A stretch of DNA of 64,000 nucleotides. Origin: Rhina ancylostomus (taxonomy: Eukaryota). Numbering within the stretch: position 1 is the first letter of the stretch; each line of letters opens with the position of its first letter. The position numbers and the translations under genes were made by a program. The stretch covers positions 115,108,781 through 115,172,780 of the forward strand of contig JARFYF010000052.1 of the NCBI GenBank assembly GCA_030265395.1. Reading direction: 5' to 3'. Under the pieces are notes generated by a model. The model saw only the letters and a program-made list of their open reading frames with translations, searched no databases and was not told the origin of the DNA. Below, piece after piece: positions 50,828 through 63,624 of the stretch.

Positions 50828-51092
50828 ACAATCTGATTAGGCTGCACTTGTATAGTTTTGGTCACTCTGTTATTGGAAAGATGTGGTTAAGCTAGAAAGA
50901 GTGCAGAAAAGATTTACAAGGATGTTGCCAGGACTAGAGGTCCTAAGTTATAGGGAGAGGTTGGCCAGGCTAGGTCTTTATTCCTTGGAGCGTAGGAGAA
51001 TGAGGGGTGATCTTATCGAAGTTTATAAAATCATGAAGGGCATAGATTAGGTGGATGGTAGCAGTCTTTACCTCAGGGTAGGGAAGTCTAAA
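50828..51092 (+). mobile_element. CR1 RT C-terminal fragment
   Basis: KDVVKLERVQKRFTRMLPGLEVLSYRERLARLGLYSLERRRMRGDLIEVYKIMKG. Confidence 0.92.
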
Positions 51093-51899
51093 ATGATAAC
51101 TCCACTGAAGGACAGAGTAGGTGCTTATTCTAAAAGTTGCTCAGAAATGTCCCAGAATGTCTTGATATTGGAATTGGTGACAGACAATCTCCCTTGTCAT
51201 TGCTTGACACACTCAGAAATTGGCAACTTACAAAGGTTTGCTTCAAATTTCAGTATCAGCACGGGGCCCATTTAGTTTTCAATTTTGCTCCCTATTAGAA
51301 TTTCCAGCTCGGGTTTTTTAAAATCATTTTTCTTCTTTTTCCCATTATCTTTTGAATTCATTTTTTGAGTTAAGGTGTAGGCTCTTGTTGCTCATTTCTG
51401 AGTGTGTCAGGCAATGACGAGAGATTTTCTGTCATCAGTTCCAATATCAAGAGATTTTGGGATATTTCTGAGCAATTTTTAGAATAAGCACTTTCTAAGG
51501 TGTTCACTAACAAATTGACCTTTGCATTTAAAATAAATTATTAATTGCATATAAACCCTCACATACCTATTGTTATGTATTGTGTATTGCTCACATACCC
51601 ATTGTTGTCTACTTCCCAGTGCAATAAATTGAGAACAAGGGTGGGGAAACAGTGGGTGTGGGGAGATGAGGTTAAACGAAGTATGAGAAGAAGATGAGAT
51701 GTTACATTTTTATGCCTTTCAAGTCCACGGTTACAGAGACATATCTGCCACCAATCAGTATGAAATCAATTAACTGGAGAGAAATGATGGGGCTTTCCTA
51801 CCCCATTTGCTGTGCGCACAGCCAGGTGACTAAGTTAAGCACTGAATTATCTAGACCATAGCATACAGATTAGGCTGATATTTTTTTGGAACAAATGAG

Positions 51900-52212
51900 T
51901 GAAGGGAGATTTAATTAACTGAACTGGAGGGAACTATTTCCTTTGGCGAAAGTTTGATTATGGGGGGTTAAATCAATTGGTTGAAGGACTAGAGCAGAAT
52001 TGAAGATTTTTTTTACCAGTCAGGTGAGCCCTGGAATTCATTTCCTGAAGGGCAGTTGAGCCAGCACCTTGACTACTTGGTTGAGCAGCTGAAGAGTCAT
52101 AACCTATAAGGTTGTGAACTGAGCAACATAAAGAGTTCTGTTTTTGGCTGACATGGACAGAATGGGCCAGATGACCTTCTCCAGGACTATGAATTTATAA
52201 GATTCTATGACT
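51900..52212 (+). mobile_element. Old CR1 3' end
   Basis: ctggaattcatttcctgaagggcag; gacatggacagaatgggccagatgaccttctcc; gattctatga tail. Confidence 0.7.
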
Positions 52213-52959
52213 GGTACATTGTATCTGGCATTCTGAGTATTCACTGAATTTATCTGAACACCTCTGTGATTTTCAATTTCCAAACCTTCACTTAGTTTGT
52301 AATCTAGCATATTACCAGAAACCAGAGTTCATTTTGTGGAGAAGCATAGGAAGTTGTTCAAGTTTCTTCTTTTGGGACGTTAAAGTGCACAACTTAGGCA
52401 AACCTCACCAAATAAAAGAAAGACACATACTTGTACGACTCTCCCAACTTCACTTGGCTACTGCAGGGAGATGGTATTGGAAGACAAAGGCACAAAATTT
52501 GGTTTTAGTGATAATTTTATGAATGCTACTGATGCCAGTTTATATTTTGCAAGTTGTAAGATGCCAATGCACAATTAAAACAAAAGTGCCAGTTTCCAAG
52601 TTGGGAAGGATATTAGTACTGAAAGTATACAGAGTAAATTGAAATTTATCAGTCAAAGTGCAATACTGATTTAATGGCAACACCACAAATTGGACCTTAA
52701 TGATGCACTTAATTCCATGTGTTTGGAATGCACAGAGGAAGAAGCTTTCAGCACCTGGCTATTTAAAAGGATTAACAATTACTTACAGATTAGTTGCTGA
52801 TTGATTTTTACAGTGTTGTTTCAAGCAAAATAGCATTTGATGTTTCCAGACTTCTTTCCTATTAATAATAGTCATGGTAGCAATGTGGCAGGATATCAAG
52901 GAGTTTTCATTGACATCAGGCTTTCTGCAATTTCCAGTTGCTCACAGATGTGGCCATCT

Positions 52960-53600
52960 TCTCTGTGTGTTGTATGACCGAGAGAACTAGCAGAGGGTAT
53001 GAAGAGCAGAGAAATCTGCAGGAAGAAGGAAGAGGAGGAATGGCAGATGGGCTGAAGCCATCAACATTCTTCAAGCAGCCAATCTCCCACATCCATTTCA
53101 ATGAGGAACTACAGTATGCTTGAGTTGCATTTGATCAGGCAACTTTCATCATGGAAATACGCAACAAGCTCCAGGAGCTGGCAATATCTGCAAGAGTTTG
53201 CTGTGTAAGCTTGCCATGCTCTCTCACATCAAGGAGGTCATGGACAACGCTCCCCACCTGCAGTCCCAGTCCAAGAGAACTAATTACATTTCATTGTCAT
53301 TGACAATCTTGTCTCAGGCAGAGCAAGTAAGCAGTTTCACCAGGATTATAAGCTTCCTGGTGGTTTAAACTACACACATGCAACTTTGAAGCCACCTCTT
53401 ATTAATTCACAGTAGAATCACAATGGAAAGGGATTCCTTTCCCTGAGCATCCGACATGAGTAGTAATATACAGAGTCTATGCCCAGTATCCAGCAGTCAC
53501 GATGCATTATGCTATGAAAATCCATTGATATTTGATGTCTCACAGGAAACCAAAGGGTGGCTACTGGGCAACAACCACCTTCCTGTGACCACATGGTTCC
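52960..53600 (+). mobile_element. PIF/Harbinger transposase remnant
   Basis: Ordered decayed motifs: ggcaatatctgc (GDIC), atcaaggaggtcatggac (IKEVTD), ttcaccaggattataagcttc (FxRIAGF), actacacacatg (DCTHV), aagggattcctttccctgagcatc (KGFHSLNV). Confidence 0.7.
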
Positions 53601-55583
53601 TGTCTGCAGTGAGATAAAAGCCAGGGTACAGATAGAATGTGACAGATCAAAGATACTGGAGGATGCTAGAAAAGCCTTACAATACATGCCAGATCATGTC
53701 TTGAGATTCATCAGTTTCTCAATATTAACTTGTTTCAGCCCCTGATACAAGGTAAACATACATTTAGGGCATGTTTAATTCCATTATTAAACATACCATA
53801 AAATGGAATCATTTCTTCAATTTTTTTCGAATAAAAATATGTCTTAACCTCCCTCAAGCTTTGAATTCCAAACAGAAAGCTTAACAAATGTTAATTGGAA
53901 AAATAAGAACTGATTTATTGTTTCATATAATTAAGCTCATCATATGTTCATATAACTTGCATTTAAATTGCTATAAAAGTGAGAAATCACAAACATCAGA
54001 TATACCTTTACATTAGTCAAAACTGCATAGGCAGTTCTGAAGTGAACACATGGAGCTACTGAAGAGTTTCAGTGACTGAAGTCGTGTAACTTTCCAGCAT
54101 ACATGGCAATGTATTGCACTTTCACAATCTAAAGCAGTACATCTGTCTTTCTTAAAGCAAATGGTACATTGAAAAGAAAATAAGTGTTACTTTTTTGGAT
54201 GCAGTTCAGTTATAAAGTGTCTGTTTCTGAAGTGCCTCCCTTCAAGTCTGAATAATCCCCTTGTTAGGTCTTTGTTCCACAAATTCGTTTTTCAAAAATC
54301 TTCCATTTTCAAATCAGTTAGTAGAAAATTGTGCAATTTTGACAGCTCTTTTTAAATATGTTCTCTTCAGCCAAAGACTATTTCAATAGCAGCACAAGAT
54401 AAGCTTGCATCTAATGAAAACAGTCATTCAAAAATAGGTATTATGTTTGCTGTTCAGAAGGTTTGAGATTATGGCAGAAGTCACGCACAATAAAAGTGAC
54501 AAATATTCCTGATCTTGCAAATGTTTTTACTGAAATACAGCCTGCAGAAATAATTGATCAAAAATTACAGTATGAATGAAGGAGAATGAAGGATAGTCTT
54601 CTCATTTATCCATTGCCGATTACAACCAGACACTTGCCCAAAATGCTAGCCTCCTGAGAACTGGAAGTCAGGGGGTTTTGACATCAGCATCTGTGAAGGA
54701 TGTTGTTGAAGCATTTTATTTCCAAGCACTGCAAGTTTCTTTAGCAGTGCCAATAATAGGGAAAATATTGGCCTAGAAATTCAAATATGCATTGCTTTTT
54801 TAAGATGTTATGGTTCCCATTTGTGCACAATTTCAATGGCAAATTGTAATTACAACACTGTAACACACTGGTTGCTACTGGTAACAAGGAACCATATGGT
54901 TCTGCGTATGCCCAAAGTAACATTGCTCGTTTGATGCCTGTTGTGACACATTTGGCTTTGTATATGCACTTAAACACGCAGGGTGAACCATGCAAAGGAA
55001 ATCAAGTTTGAACAGCAGGATGAAGAAGGTTATTGCAGTGCTAAAGAACAGAAATGAAGGAGACTTCATTGTATTCAAAAGGGCTGTACTTTTGACATTG
55101 CCAAGATGGCACAGAATTTTTTGGCAAAATATGAATGTTTCATGGTTCCATACTAAATATGGTTCCACTATCAAACATGGCTCAACTAATCAAGTGCAAG
55201 AGAAAGAAGGCGGCTAAGGGACTCTTTCCTCAAGGAAGCTCCCGAAGGTATTCTCTTATCTTCACATGACTGAGTAACAATGTACCTGACATGAAAATAA
55301 GGGATCAGAAAGATCCAATACTTGCTGCAGGCTGAGCAACAATTGACTCATGGCGGGACTGTGCTGCCTGCCAGCAACCAATAATTAATCACGTCTAATG
55401 CATTCCCGTAGTGCCTGTGTATGCACGTTCTTTTCCTTCTTTATTACGTTTCCTTAGTGTTTCTTCAGTGGCTGAGTTAAGCTTTTGAAAGGATGTCTAT
55501 TTGTAGTGGAGGATGCTGCTGATAGCCATGATGAATGACCTCCAACTGTGTGAGTCAAGATAGCCTGTTTTCAAACAGCACTG

Positions 55584-55891
55584 TGTCATGGTTCTGAGTT
55601 CTGGGCCTCAATTTGGCTCCATTAATGCCTTGTTGTCCAGCACATGGATTCCATGCTGGANNNNNNNNNNNNNNNNNNNNNNNNNNNNNNNNNNNNNNNN
55701 NNNNNNNNNNNNNNNNNNNNNNNNNNNNNNNNNNNNNNNNNNNNNNNNNNNNNNNNNNNNCTGATCTCCAAGGCAAGATTCCTTCCAGTTACTGCCTGTG
55801 TTTGTCCTAAGGAAGTATCCTGACTCCAGTCTTGTATTGGTGTGTCGCATTTGGGTTCTCTGTGACTTTGATCTGGATCAACATTGTGACA
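55584..55891 (+). mobile_element. Solo LTR (Gypsy-like), contains a 100-N gap
   Basis: TGTCATGG...GTGACA termini; perfect 5-bp TSD CACTG (55579-55583, 55892-55896); gcatttgggttctc near the 3' end; homologous to 10494-10892. Confidence 0.8.
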
Positions 55892-56375
55892 CACTGTTGT
55901 ATTATGACCAGCAGTCAGGGCCAACAGGTTGATAGGAAGTGGTGAAGGCATTAATATAGTGGCACAAAGTGGTTACAGCAGGGAAGGATACCATTCAGTT
56001 GATTGAGTTCATACCAGCTCAATGAGAGAAGAGTAACCATAATGTGATTGATTTCTTCAATGAAAGTGGGGTAGATCAATAGGATGAGGGTCCTAAATCT
56101 AAGCAAAAGAAGCTGGGATAATATGAGGAATGAATTGGCAATTTCATTGAATATATAATTGCAGTAAGTCATCCTTGCTTCTGTACTCAAATCCTCTTGA
56201 AATGAAGGCCAACATACTATTTACCTCCTTAATTGTTTGCAGTACCTGTATATTTGCTTTGAGTGACTGGTGTACCAGAACCCCCTTATTCCTTTATATA
56301 CTGATATCACAGGTCCTATCCATCACTTTGCCCATTGTTCTCCAAGTTAAAACTGGCTTGTTTTTCACCCATAAA

Positions 56376-56470
56376 GGTTTGATGAAGGGTTTTTGACCTG
56401 AAAAGTTAATTATGCTTCTCTTTCCACAGATGGCACCTGATTTGCTGAGTGATTCCAACATATTCTGTCG
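56376..56470 (+). mobile_element. Penelope pLTR fragment with decayed hammerhead
   Basis: gtttgatgaagggtttttgacctgaaaagttaatt...tccacagatggcacctgatttgctgagtgattccaac. Confidence 0.75.
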
Positions 56471-56861
56471 TTATTACACTTGCAACCTTCCAACCTGCAG
56501 GTGACATTGAGGAATTTCAGAAGATGTCAACTAGTGCATCAATTATCTCTATATCCACCTCTTTCAAAACTGTTGGTTTATTAACTTTCCCATTAACTTT
56601 TCCAATACCTGCTTTATCCTGATGCTATTTTCTTTCAGCTCCTTATTTTTCCCTAAACGTGCTGTTCTCTATTATTTCAAGGAGGTTTTCTGTATCTTCC
56701 ATGAAGACAGATAAAATTATTTTTTCCCTTTCTTAGTTTTTCCTTATTCCACGATATAACTTCTCCTGACTGTGAGCGACTCACAACAACCCTTAGTAAT
56801 TTTTTGTTTTTTTTATATTTGTATAGAAACTCTTACAAAGTTTCTTGCTCAATCTCTCTCA

Positions 56862-57200
56862 GAATCATAGAGAGATAACACAAACAGGCCCTTCAGCCCA
56901 TCGAGTCCGCACTGACCATCACCATTCAGTTACACTAATTCTACATTAATCCCATTTTTTATTTTCTTTACATTCTCAGCAGCTATAGATTCCACTAATC
57001 ATTAGGGGTAAATTACAGTAGCCAACTAACCTATCAACCAGGACACCTTAGATATGGGTGGAAACTGGAGCACCTGGAGGAAATGCATGTGGTCACATGG
57101 AAAGCATACAAACTCCACACAGACAGCAGCTGAGGTCAGGACTGAACCTGGGTCTCTGGTGCAGTGAGGCAACAGCTCCACTAACTGTACCACTGTGCTG
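56862..57200 (-). mobile_element. V-SINE with CR1-derived tail (HE1-like)
   Basis: aaacaggcccttcagcccatcgagtcc (reverse CR1 tail); ggaaactggagcacctggaggaaa...caaactccacacagacagc..tgaacctgggtctctgg (V-domain and tRNA head, reverse). Confidence 0.88.
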
Positions 57201-58375
57201 CCTTGTGTGCTGCCTTGTATGCTGCCTCTTCTTGGCCCTCCTTTTTGAATTCTGATATGTTCCCATTCCTTAGGTTTACTGCTCTTTTTGGCAACATTAA
57301 AAACCTTTTCCTTAGTCCTAATAATATCTTCAATTTTTCATGTCATTCCCAGTCAGACTATTTTTCATGTTGCGTTTTCATTTCTTAAAGGAATATATGT
57401 ATTCTTTTAACCTATGTATTCATTCTTTGAATGTTAGCCATTACTGTCTACCATCATACCTTTCATCATTTTTCTGTACTTTTGACTCTAATTGGAGGAG
57501 ACTCCTTATTTTTAAACACTGACTCCCAGTTCTAGATTCTCCCACTAGAAGAAACATTCTCTTATCTACCTTGTCAAGACCTCAGAATTTTGTATTTAAG
57601 TCAAGTTCCCTCTCAATCTTCTGAACTGGAATGGATACAGGTCTAGCCTGCCCAATTGCCTTTCCATGCCAGCTATTAATCTGGTGAACATTTTCTGAAT
57701 CGCTTCCAATGCATTAACATCCTTCCTTAAATATAGAGATCACTAATGCACACAATACTTCATATATGGTCTCATCAATATCCTATAAACAGGTGCTTAA
57801 TCTCCTTACTTTTGAACTCAGTTCCCTAGCAATGAATGATAACATTTTGTTGGCTTTCCTAATGACTTGGCTTCCCCACATAACAGCCTTCTGTGAATCA
57901 TACTCCATTCACCCAGCTCATACAAGAAATAATATTTGTAATGCATCTGGGCCTTTTATGCCCCATGATTGTTTCTGGCAAATTTGGACTGATTTGTTAA
58001 GCAGTCACTGTTCACCTTCTCCAGCATCAAACTAAAATTGCAATTTATTTTTGGTAAAGTCATTAGAATTGGTCATCTTATTTATAAGTGATCCCACTTC
58101 TGCCTTGTGGCTGTTCTGTTTGACTACTTAAAAGAACAGGTTAATATCAAGACTCAAAGGGGAGGTAGGATGATTAGAAAGGTTAAATTGCTGGTGCCAA
58201 ACTAATTGCCTCATTGACTGGTTTTAATTGGCAATGAAAATCAGGACCTGAGTTTTAATGCTTTTTCTATATCAAAATGGAATTTGGAAAGATTTAAGAG
58301 AGTAATAGAAAATAAATTTAGAAAGGCCTGAAAATAGTAGCAATTCAGATTATTCAATGGCTAAAAAAAGTAGTC

Positions 58376-58465
58376 TGTTTATTTCTGTCTCCATAGAAGC
58401 CATCTGACCAGCTGAATATTTGAGTTTAATCTGCTTTTATTTCAGATTTCCAGTGGCTTTAATAC
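58376..58465 (+). mobile_element. Penelope pLTR 3' fragment
   Basis: ctgtttatttctgtctccatagaagccatctgaccagctga...ttttatttcagatttccag. Confidence 0.6.
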
Positions 58466-58519
58466 TTTTATTTTGTGCAAAAAATAAATTCATGAATCTC
58501 TCCATGGTTAAGTTGGTAA

Positions 58520-59105
58520 GTATAATGGACTCTCAGACCTGGAAGATTTCAAGATTTTGGTATATGTTGTCATCCAGTCTTGAACAGAGCAACATCAGGG
58601 CTGATACAGTTCTACAGGTCCATGGAGGGGATAATTATCCTGGGTTGCTCCTCCAAATCAATAATGAGTGATCCTTTTCTGAACAATATACAGCTGAAAA
58701 TTGGATTTTTGGAAAGTGCTATCCCTGAGTCTCATTTCTTTGGAATTGAAATAAAACATGTAAAATTCTTGGAAGATTTGATGTGCTACATGCCAAAAGA
58801 CTGTTTGTCTTGGCTGGAGGCTCCCTAGAGCTTGGAGTCAAAGTCTTAGGATAAGGTGCCAGCCACCTAGGACTGACAGGAGAAGAATATTACTGATAGT
58901 TAGCCTGCAGAATTCTGTGCCACAGTGGATCGTGTCAATAAACTCAGTTGAAAGAATCTGTAAAACAGAAACTGATAGTATTTGACAACTAATGGAATCA
59001 AGAGTTATGGACAAAGCACAAGAAAATGGAGTTGATGCAGAAGATCGCCTTGATCATATTGACAGTGGATCAGACTCTAGACATAGTTTGACCTCTTCCT
59101 GTCAT
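58520..59105 (+). mobile_element. Old CR1 3' fragment
   Basis: agtcttaggataagg..cacctaggactga..gagaagaa; gaattctgtgccacag; ggaatcaagagttatgg; gatcatattga. Confidence 0.6.
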
Positions 59106-60319
59106 TTCTTAAAAAGCAAATGCCAGTGAATAGTACACAGATGGTTTAAAATCAGATATCCAAAAGTTGTTGCCTGTTTTGCACCACTGTTGTTAGCTTC
59201 ACAAAAGCAAGATCGCCCCATTTACCTTTCCATTGAAATGCATGTCAAATATAATATTTCTGCATTTCTTCCATGGACACAAACTAAACAAGTAACAGAA
59301 AGTTAAAGGTTCTCATTTCAAATAAGATGGGCTGGATTTCTCCATGGCTTCCGATCTGTACTGTAAATTTGACAGAAGAGTTTCCTTACATGATATTCTT
59401 CTGGTTTTTCTGTAATTCTTCAGTAAAAAATTATAACTAACAATCAGAACTGGACTGAAAATTGATTCACTTCTCATGAATTCAATAAATTCTTTTCCCC
59501 AATTCTATAGTTCTAGGAAGAGAGGGTTTCAGCATATGGAAATAATATGAAAAACACATGCAGTGATGGAATGGGGTTGTGCAATAAATAAAATACACCC
59601 ATGCAATGATCTGATTCAAATCCAGGTGCTTTTGTTAGAAACATGAAGTTGATTTTGAAGACATAAATCTCATCTCTTATGCAGATATACTCTTCTCCTG
59701 AGAATTCTTTCCTTGTGCATTTGAAATTTCTCATCCTGTGAAAGGTTATTTGGCCAGTCACATCTGAAGCAAAAACCACATTTTTCTCCCTCAGTTTTCC
59801 AATGAATTCATTCAGTTTGTGAGAGTTTTCAACCGGAATTGTGGATGATGTGTGCACAGATCACTGAGTGGTGGGCAGAGGAAAACCGTGGATGCACATG
59901 AAGGCAGAACAGTGGACGTGCAGAGATCCCAGCTGTCCATAGAATTTGGAAATGGTCAGAGTAGGAAGTGATAAAGCCATGGAGAAATGACCCAGGTTGT
60001 GTTTGACCTGGATTGTGCCTCATTTTTGCCCCCGCCCCTGCAATCCCTCAGCATCACTGACCTTTCACAACACTGTGGATCCAATGCAGTTCAAGACCTT
60101 GCTGCCAGACCCATCCTATGAAACTGAGTTGTCTGCTAGGGCTGACTAGGCCTCAATTACCAGGCCCTGATCCCTCAGCCTTGGAATACTCTATTGTCTT
60201 TTTGACAGCTTGTGCTGGGATGACTGACATACGGTGCCCAAAACTGTGATATATGACTCCAACCAGTGGAGAATTAGAAACATGGAATCGTTTTGGAACC
60301 AAGGACACTATTCATTCCA

Positions 60320-60525
60320 TCATTTTAGAACTACCTCTTTGTAGAGCAGTCCCATAGCCAAATTCCCACAATGTTTCTCCATAGTCCTATAATACTTTCC
60401 TTTCAAGTTGCTATCCAATTCCATTTTGAAAGCCCTGATAGAATTTGCTTCTGCCCCTGTTATAGGTGGTAAGTTTGAGATCATCATCACTCTTTGCACA
60501 AAATAGAGTTTCCTTACAATTCTCA
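60320..60525 (-). mobile_element. CR1 3' fragment
   Basis: YFVQRVMMISNLPP..AEANSIRAFKMELDSNLK. Confidence 0.75.
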
Positions 60526-60824
60526 TGGTATTCATTTAAAATTTACCCCATAATTTCATTGACATCAATTTTATTATGATATCTTGATACCATCAAGATA
60601 TGATCTTGATGCCATTGAGTCGAATGCTGTCTTAATGTCTGGAACACACTGCCAGGGTAAGCAGTGGAAGCAGATATGATGGCAACATGAAAGATGCCTT
60701 TAGATGTGCACATGAACAGGCATGGGATAGATCATGTGTATCTATCTGGGACACTGGGAGGGGTATTGTATTTCTTTATTCTCACCTGACTTCCTTGCTT
60801 CTGCACAATAGAAAAGGCCTTGCA

Positions 60825-61715
60825 TGTGAAATTGGTGGAGTTGCGGACAGTGAAGAAGGTCGTTAAAGGATACAGCAGGATATAGATCATTTACAGTAAT
60901 GGGTGGAGAAAAGGTCGATGGAGTTTAATCTTTGCAAATGTGAGGTGTTACACTTTTGGAGGTCAAATGCAAAGGGAAAGTACCCAGCTCATGGCAGGAC
61001 CCTTAACCCTTGATGTACAGAGGAATCTTGGGGTCCAGGTCCATACCTCCCTGAGACAAAACAAGTAGAATAAGTGGTAAAGAAGATGTGTGGCATGCTT
61101 GCCTTCGTTACAGGGGGAATAGAGTATAAAAGTCAGGAAGTTATGTTGCATTTGTTTAAAACTTTGGTTAGACTGCTCTTGGAGTATTGCATGCAGTTCT
61201 AGTTGCCCAATACAGGAGAGATGTTTTGGAGAGGATTCAGAAGAGGTTTACCAGGATGCTGCCTGGATTAGAGGGTATTAGCTATTAGGGGAGGTTGGTA
61301 AAACCTGGATTGTTTTCCTTAGAGCATCAAAGGCTGAGGGGAGACCTGATACAAGTTTATAAAATTATGAGAGGCATATATAGGGTAGATTGTCAGAATC
61401 TCTTTCCCAAGGTAGCAATGTCGAATACTAGAGGGCATCTCTTTAAGGTACAAAGAGGAGAGGTTAATGGGGATGTCCAGAGCAAGCTTTTAATACAGAG
61501 AGTGGTAGGTGCCTGGAATGAGTTGCCAGGGGTGGTAGTAGAAGCAGATATGACAGTGGTATTCAAGAGGCTTTCAGATAGGCACATGAATAGGCAGGGA
61601 ATGGAGGCAGAATCATGTGCAGGCAGAAGGGATTAGTTTAAATTGGCATCACACTTGGCATAAACATCATGTGACGAAGGGCCTGTTCCTGCGCTGTACT
61701 TTTCTATGTTCTATG
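60825..61715 (+). mobile_element. CR1 LINE RT C-terminus and 3' UTR
   Basis: GLFSLEHQRLRGDLIQVYKIMRG...RVVGAWNELPGVVVEAD; tail ttctatgttctatg. A second short plus-strand CR1 fragment lies at ~60620-60740. Confidence 0.93.
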
Positions 61716-62404
61716 TAATATTTATTTGTAACTATGAGATTTTTCTGCTCTTTGGTAACAACTCAGTTATTAGCTATACTCCCAGTGAATTACACAGGTA
61801 ATGAATATCTTTACCAGAAGGAAGTATCAATACATATCAAGAAGACATTGGTTTGTGCTGGTTAGAAACTTGCCTAGTGAGGAATGCACCTCCTTTCATC
61901 AGAACACTTGCAACAATATTTCAAATTCCCTCATTGTATTCAGTTCAGCAATCATTTAATTTAATTTCATGCTCTAATTTCAAGCATATCAATAATTATA
62001 TTGTCTAGCATTTTCAAGGAGTGCATTTTAGTTTAAAAGTGTCCTCTGCACTAGGCAGCAATGACCCAACAAATTATCCAGGTTGTGACCTTTTAGGTAT
62101 TAAATATTACATTGATTCAAAGGACAAAATTGAAGAAAAACTGTCCAAAATTTCAGACAAGAATCAATTGTAAATTTCACCATTTGTTACACTAAAATAC
62201 ACACGTTGTCTAAGTAAATGATAGAATTGGTTGAAGGTTTCACTTCCACTTACTTCAGCCGACAAGAGTTATTGAGATACTCAAAAACACAGGAATAGCA
62301 ACAGGGAACCTCTAACAATTTAATTCAGCCTTTTTAAGCTTCAAGAGAAATTGCTAATCCTTTATACTGTATGATTAAATCTAACAGGTATTTTCACTGC
62401 ATGT

Positions 62405-62992
62405 TAGAACATAGAACATAGAAAAACTACAGCACAATTCCGGCCCTTCGGCCCACAAAGCTGTGCCACACACGTCCCTAACCCAGAAATTACTAGGCTT
62501 ACCCACAGCCCTCTATTTTACTCAGCTCCATGTACCTATCTAACAGTCCCTTGAAAGACCCTATNNNNNNNNNNNNNNNNNNNNNNNNNNNNNNNNNNNN
62601 NNNNNNNNNNNNNNNNNNNNNNNNNNNNNNNNNNNNNNNNNNNNNNNNNNNNNNNNNNNNNNNNTTGTAGAATGCCTTGGGGTTTTCCTTAATCCTGCCC
62701 GCCAAGGCCTTCTCATGTCCCCTTCTGGCTCTCCTAATCTCTTTCTTAAGTTCCTTCCTTTTAACTCTTCCAGATCTCTAACATTACCTAGCTCTCTGGA
62801 CCTTTTGTATGCTTTTCTTTTCCTTTTGACTAGATTTATTATAGCCTTCGTACACCACGGTTCCTGTATCCTCTCATGACTCCCCTGTCTCATCAGAACA
62901 TGTCTATGCAGAGCTCCACACGAATACTCCCTGAATATTTGCCACATATCTTCCGTACTTTTCCCAGAGAACATCTGTTCCCAATTTAATCT
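62405..62992 (-). mobile_element. Young CR1 LINE collapsed across an N gap
   Basis: Left of the gap is the 3' UTR with a (tagaaca)n tail. Right of the gap is the ORF2 linker MFSGKSTEDMW...AGRIKENPKAFY. The intervening RT domain is missing. Confidence 0.9.
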
Positions 62993-63624
62993 TGTTTATG
63001 AATAACAAAAAATGTGCTGTGTATTTTAATCATTTATGAACTGAAATAAATTTATCTGTTGAAATGAATATCCTATACAGTCACATAAAAGTATTTTTGA
63101 TGACATTGGGAATTTCAGACTTGCAAATCCAACACTGGAATTTGTGGAAACAACTGCTTTTGATTAGTTAAAAAAAATTGATGCAAGTGTTTCAGTAGAG
63201 ATGTTTTGGAAGGGTAGAAAAAGTGAAGTCCTGATGCAAAGTATATTCAACACTAAAACATACATCATGTGGATGAGGGTAGAAGCTATATGCCATTTTG
63301 ACTAGAAACATTTGTGTTTGGATGTAAGATGCATTAGCCCTGATTTTAACTTAGGGTAACCAAACAAAAGAGCAGCAATCTTGCAGGAACTTGTAAGCAC
63401 AGTGTCAGGGTGATTTTAACACCTGGTCTTCATTTCCAGCTGATTAATGGACTACTTTGCACTTATGTCAAGTTTTTAAAGTGGAGGATGCATCTCTCAA
63501 AGTGAGCTAGCACTCCCTATTTCCATTTTGCTTGAACAAATAAGAAGAATACTGATGAAGCATAGATAAGTTTCAGGGGCATACCTTCTCTTTTCAACAC
63601 ATTACAAGCAGAGGTTGCGTGTAT

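Larger units (their letters stand above)
56170..57900 (-). mobile_element. Cluster of old CR1 fragments interrupted by a pLTR and a SINE
   Basis: CR1-type reverse motifs (cttctgtactcaaatcctcttgaaatgaaggccaacata; ctagttctagattctccc-like; ctggtgaacattttctgaa). Confidence 0.6.

Noticed and set aside
63228-63265. agtcCTGATGc resembling a hammerhead start
   Set aside because: No stem II, GAAA or matching stem I downstream.
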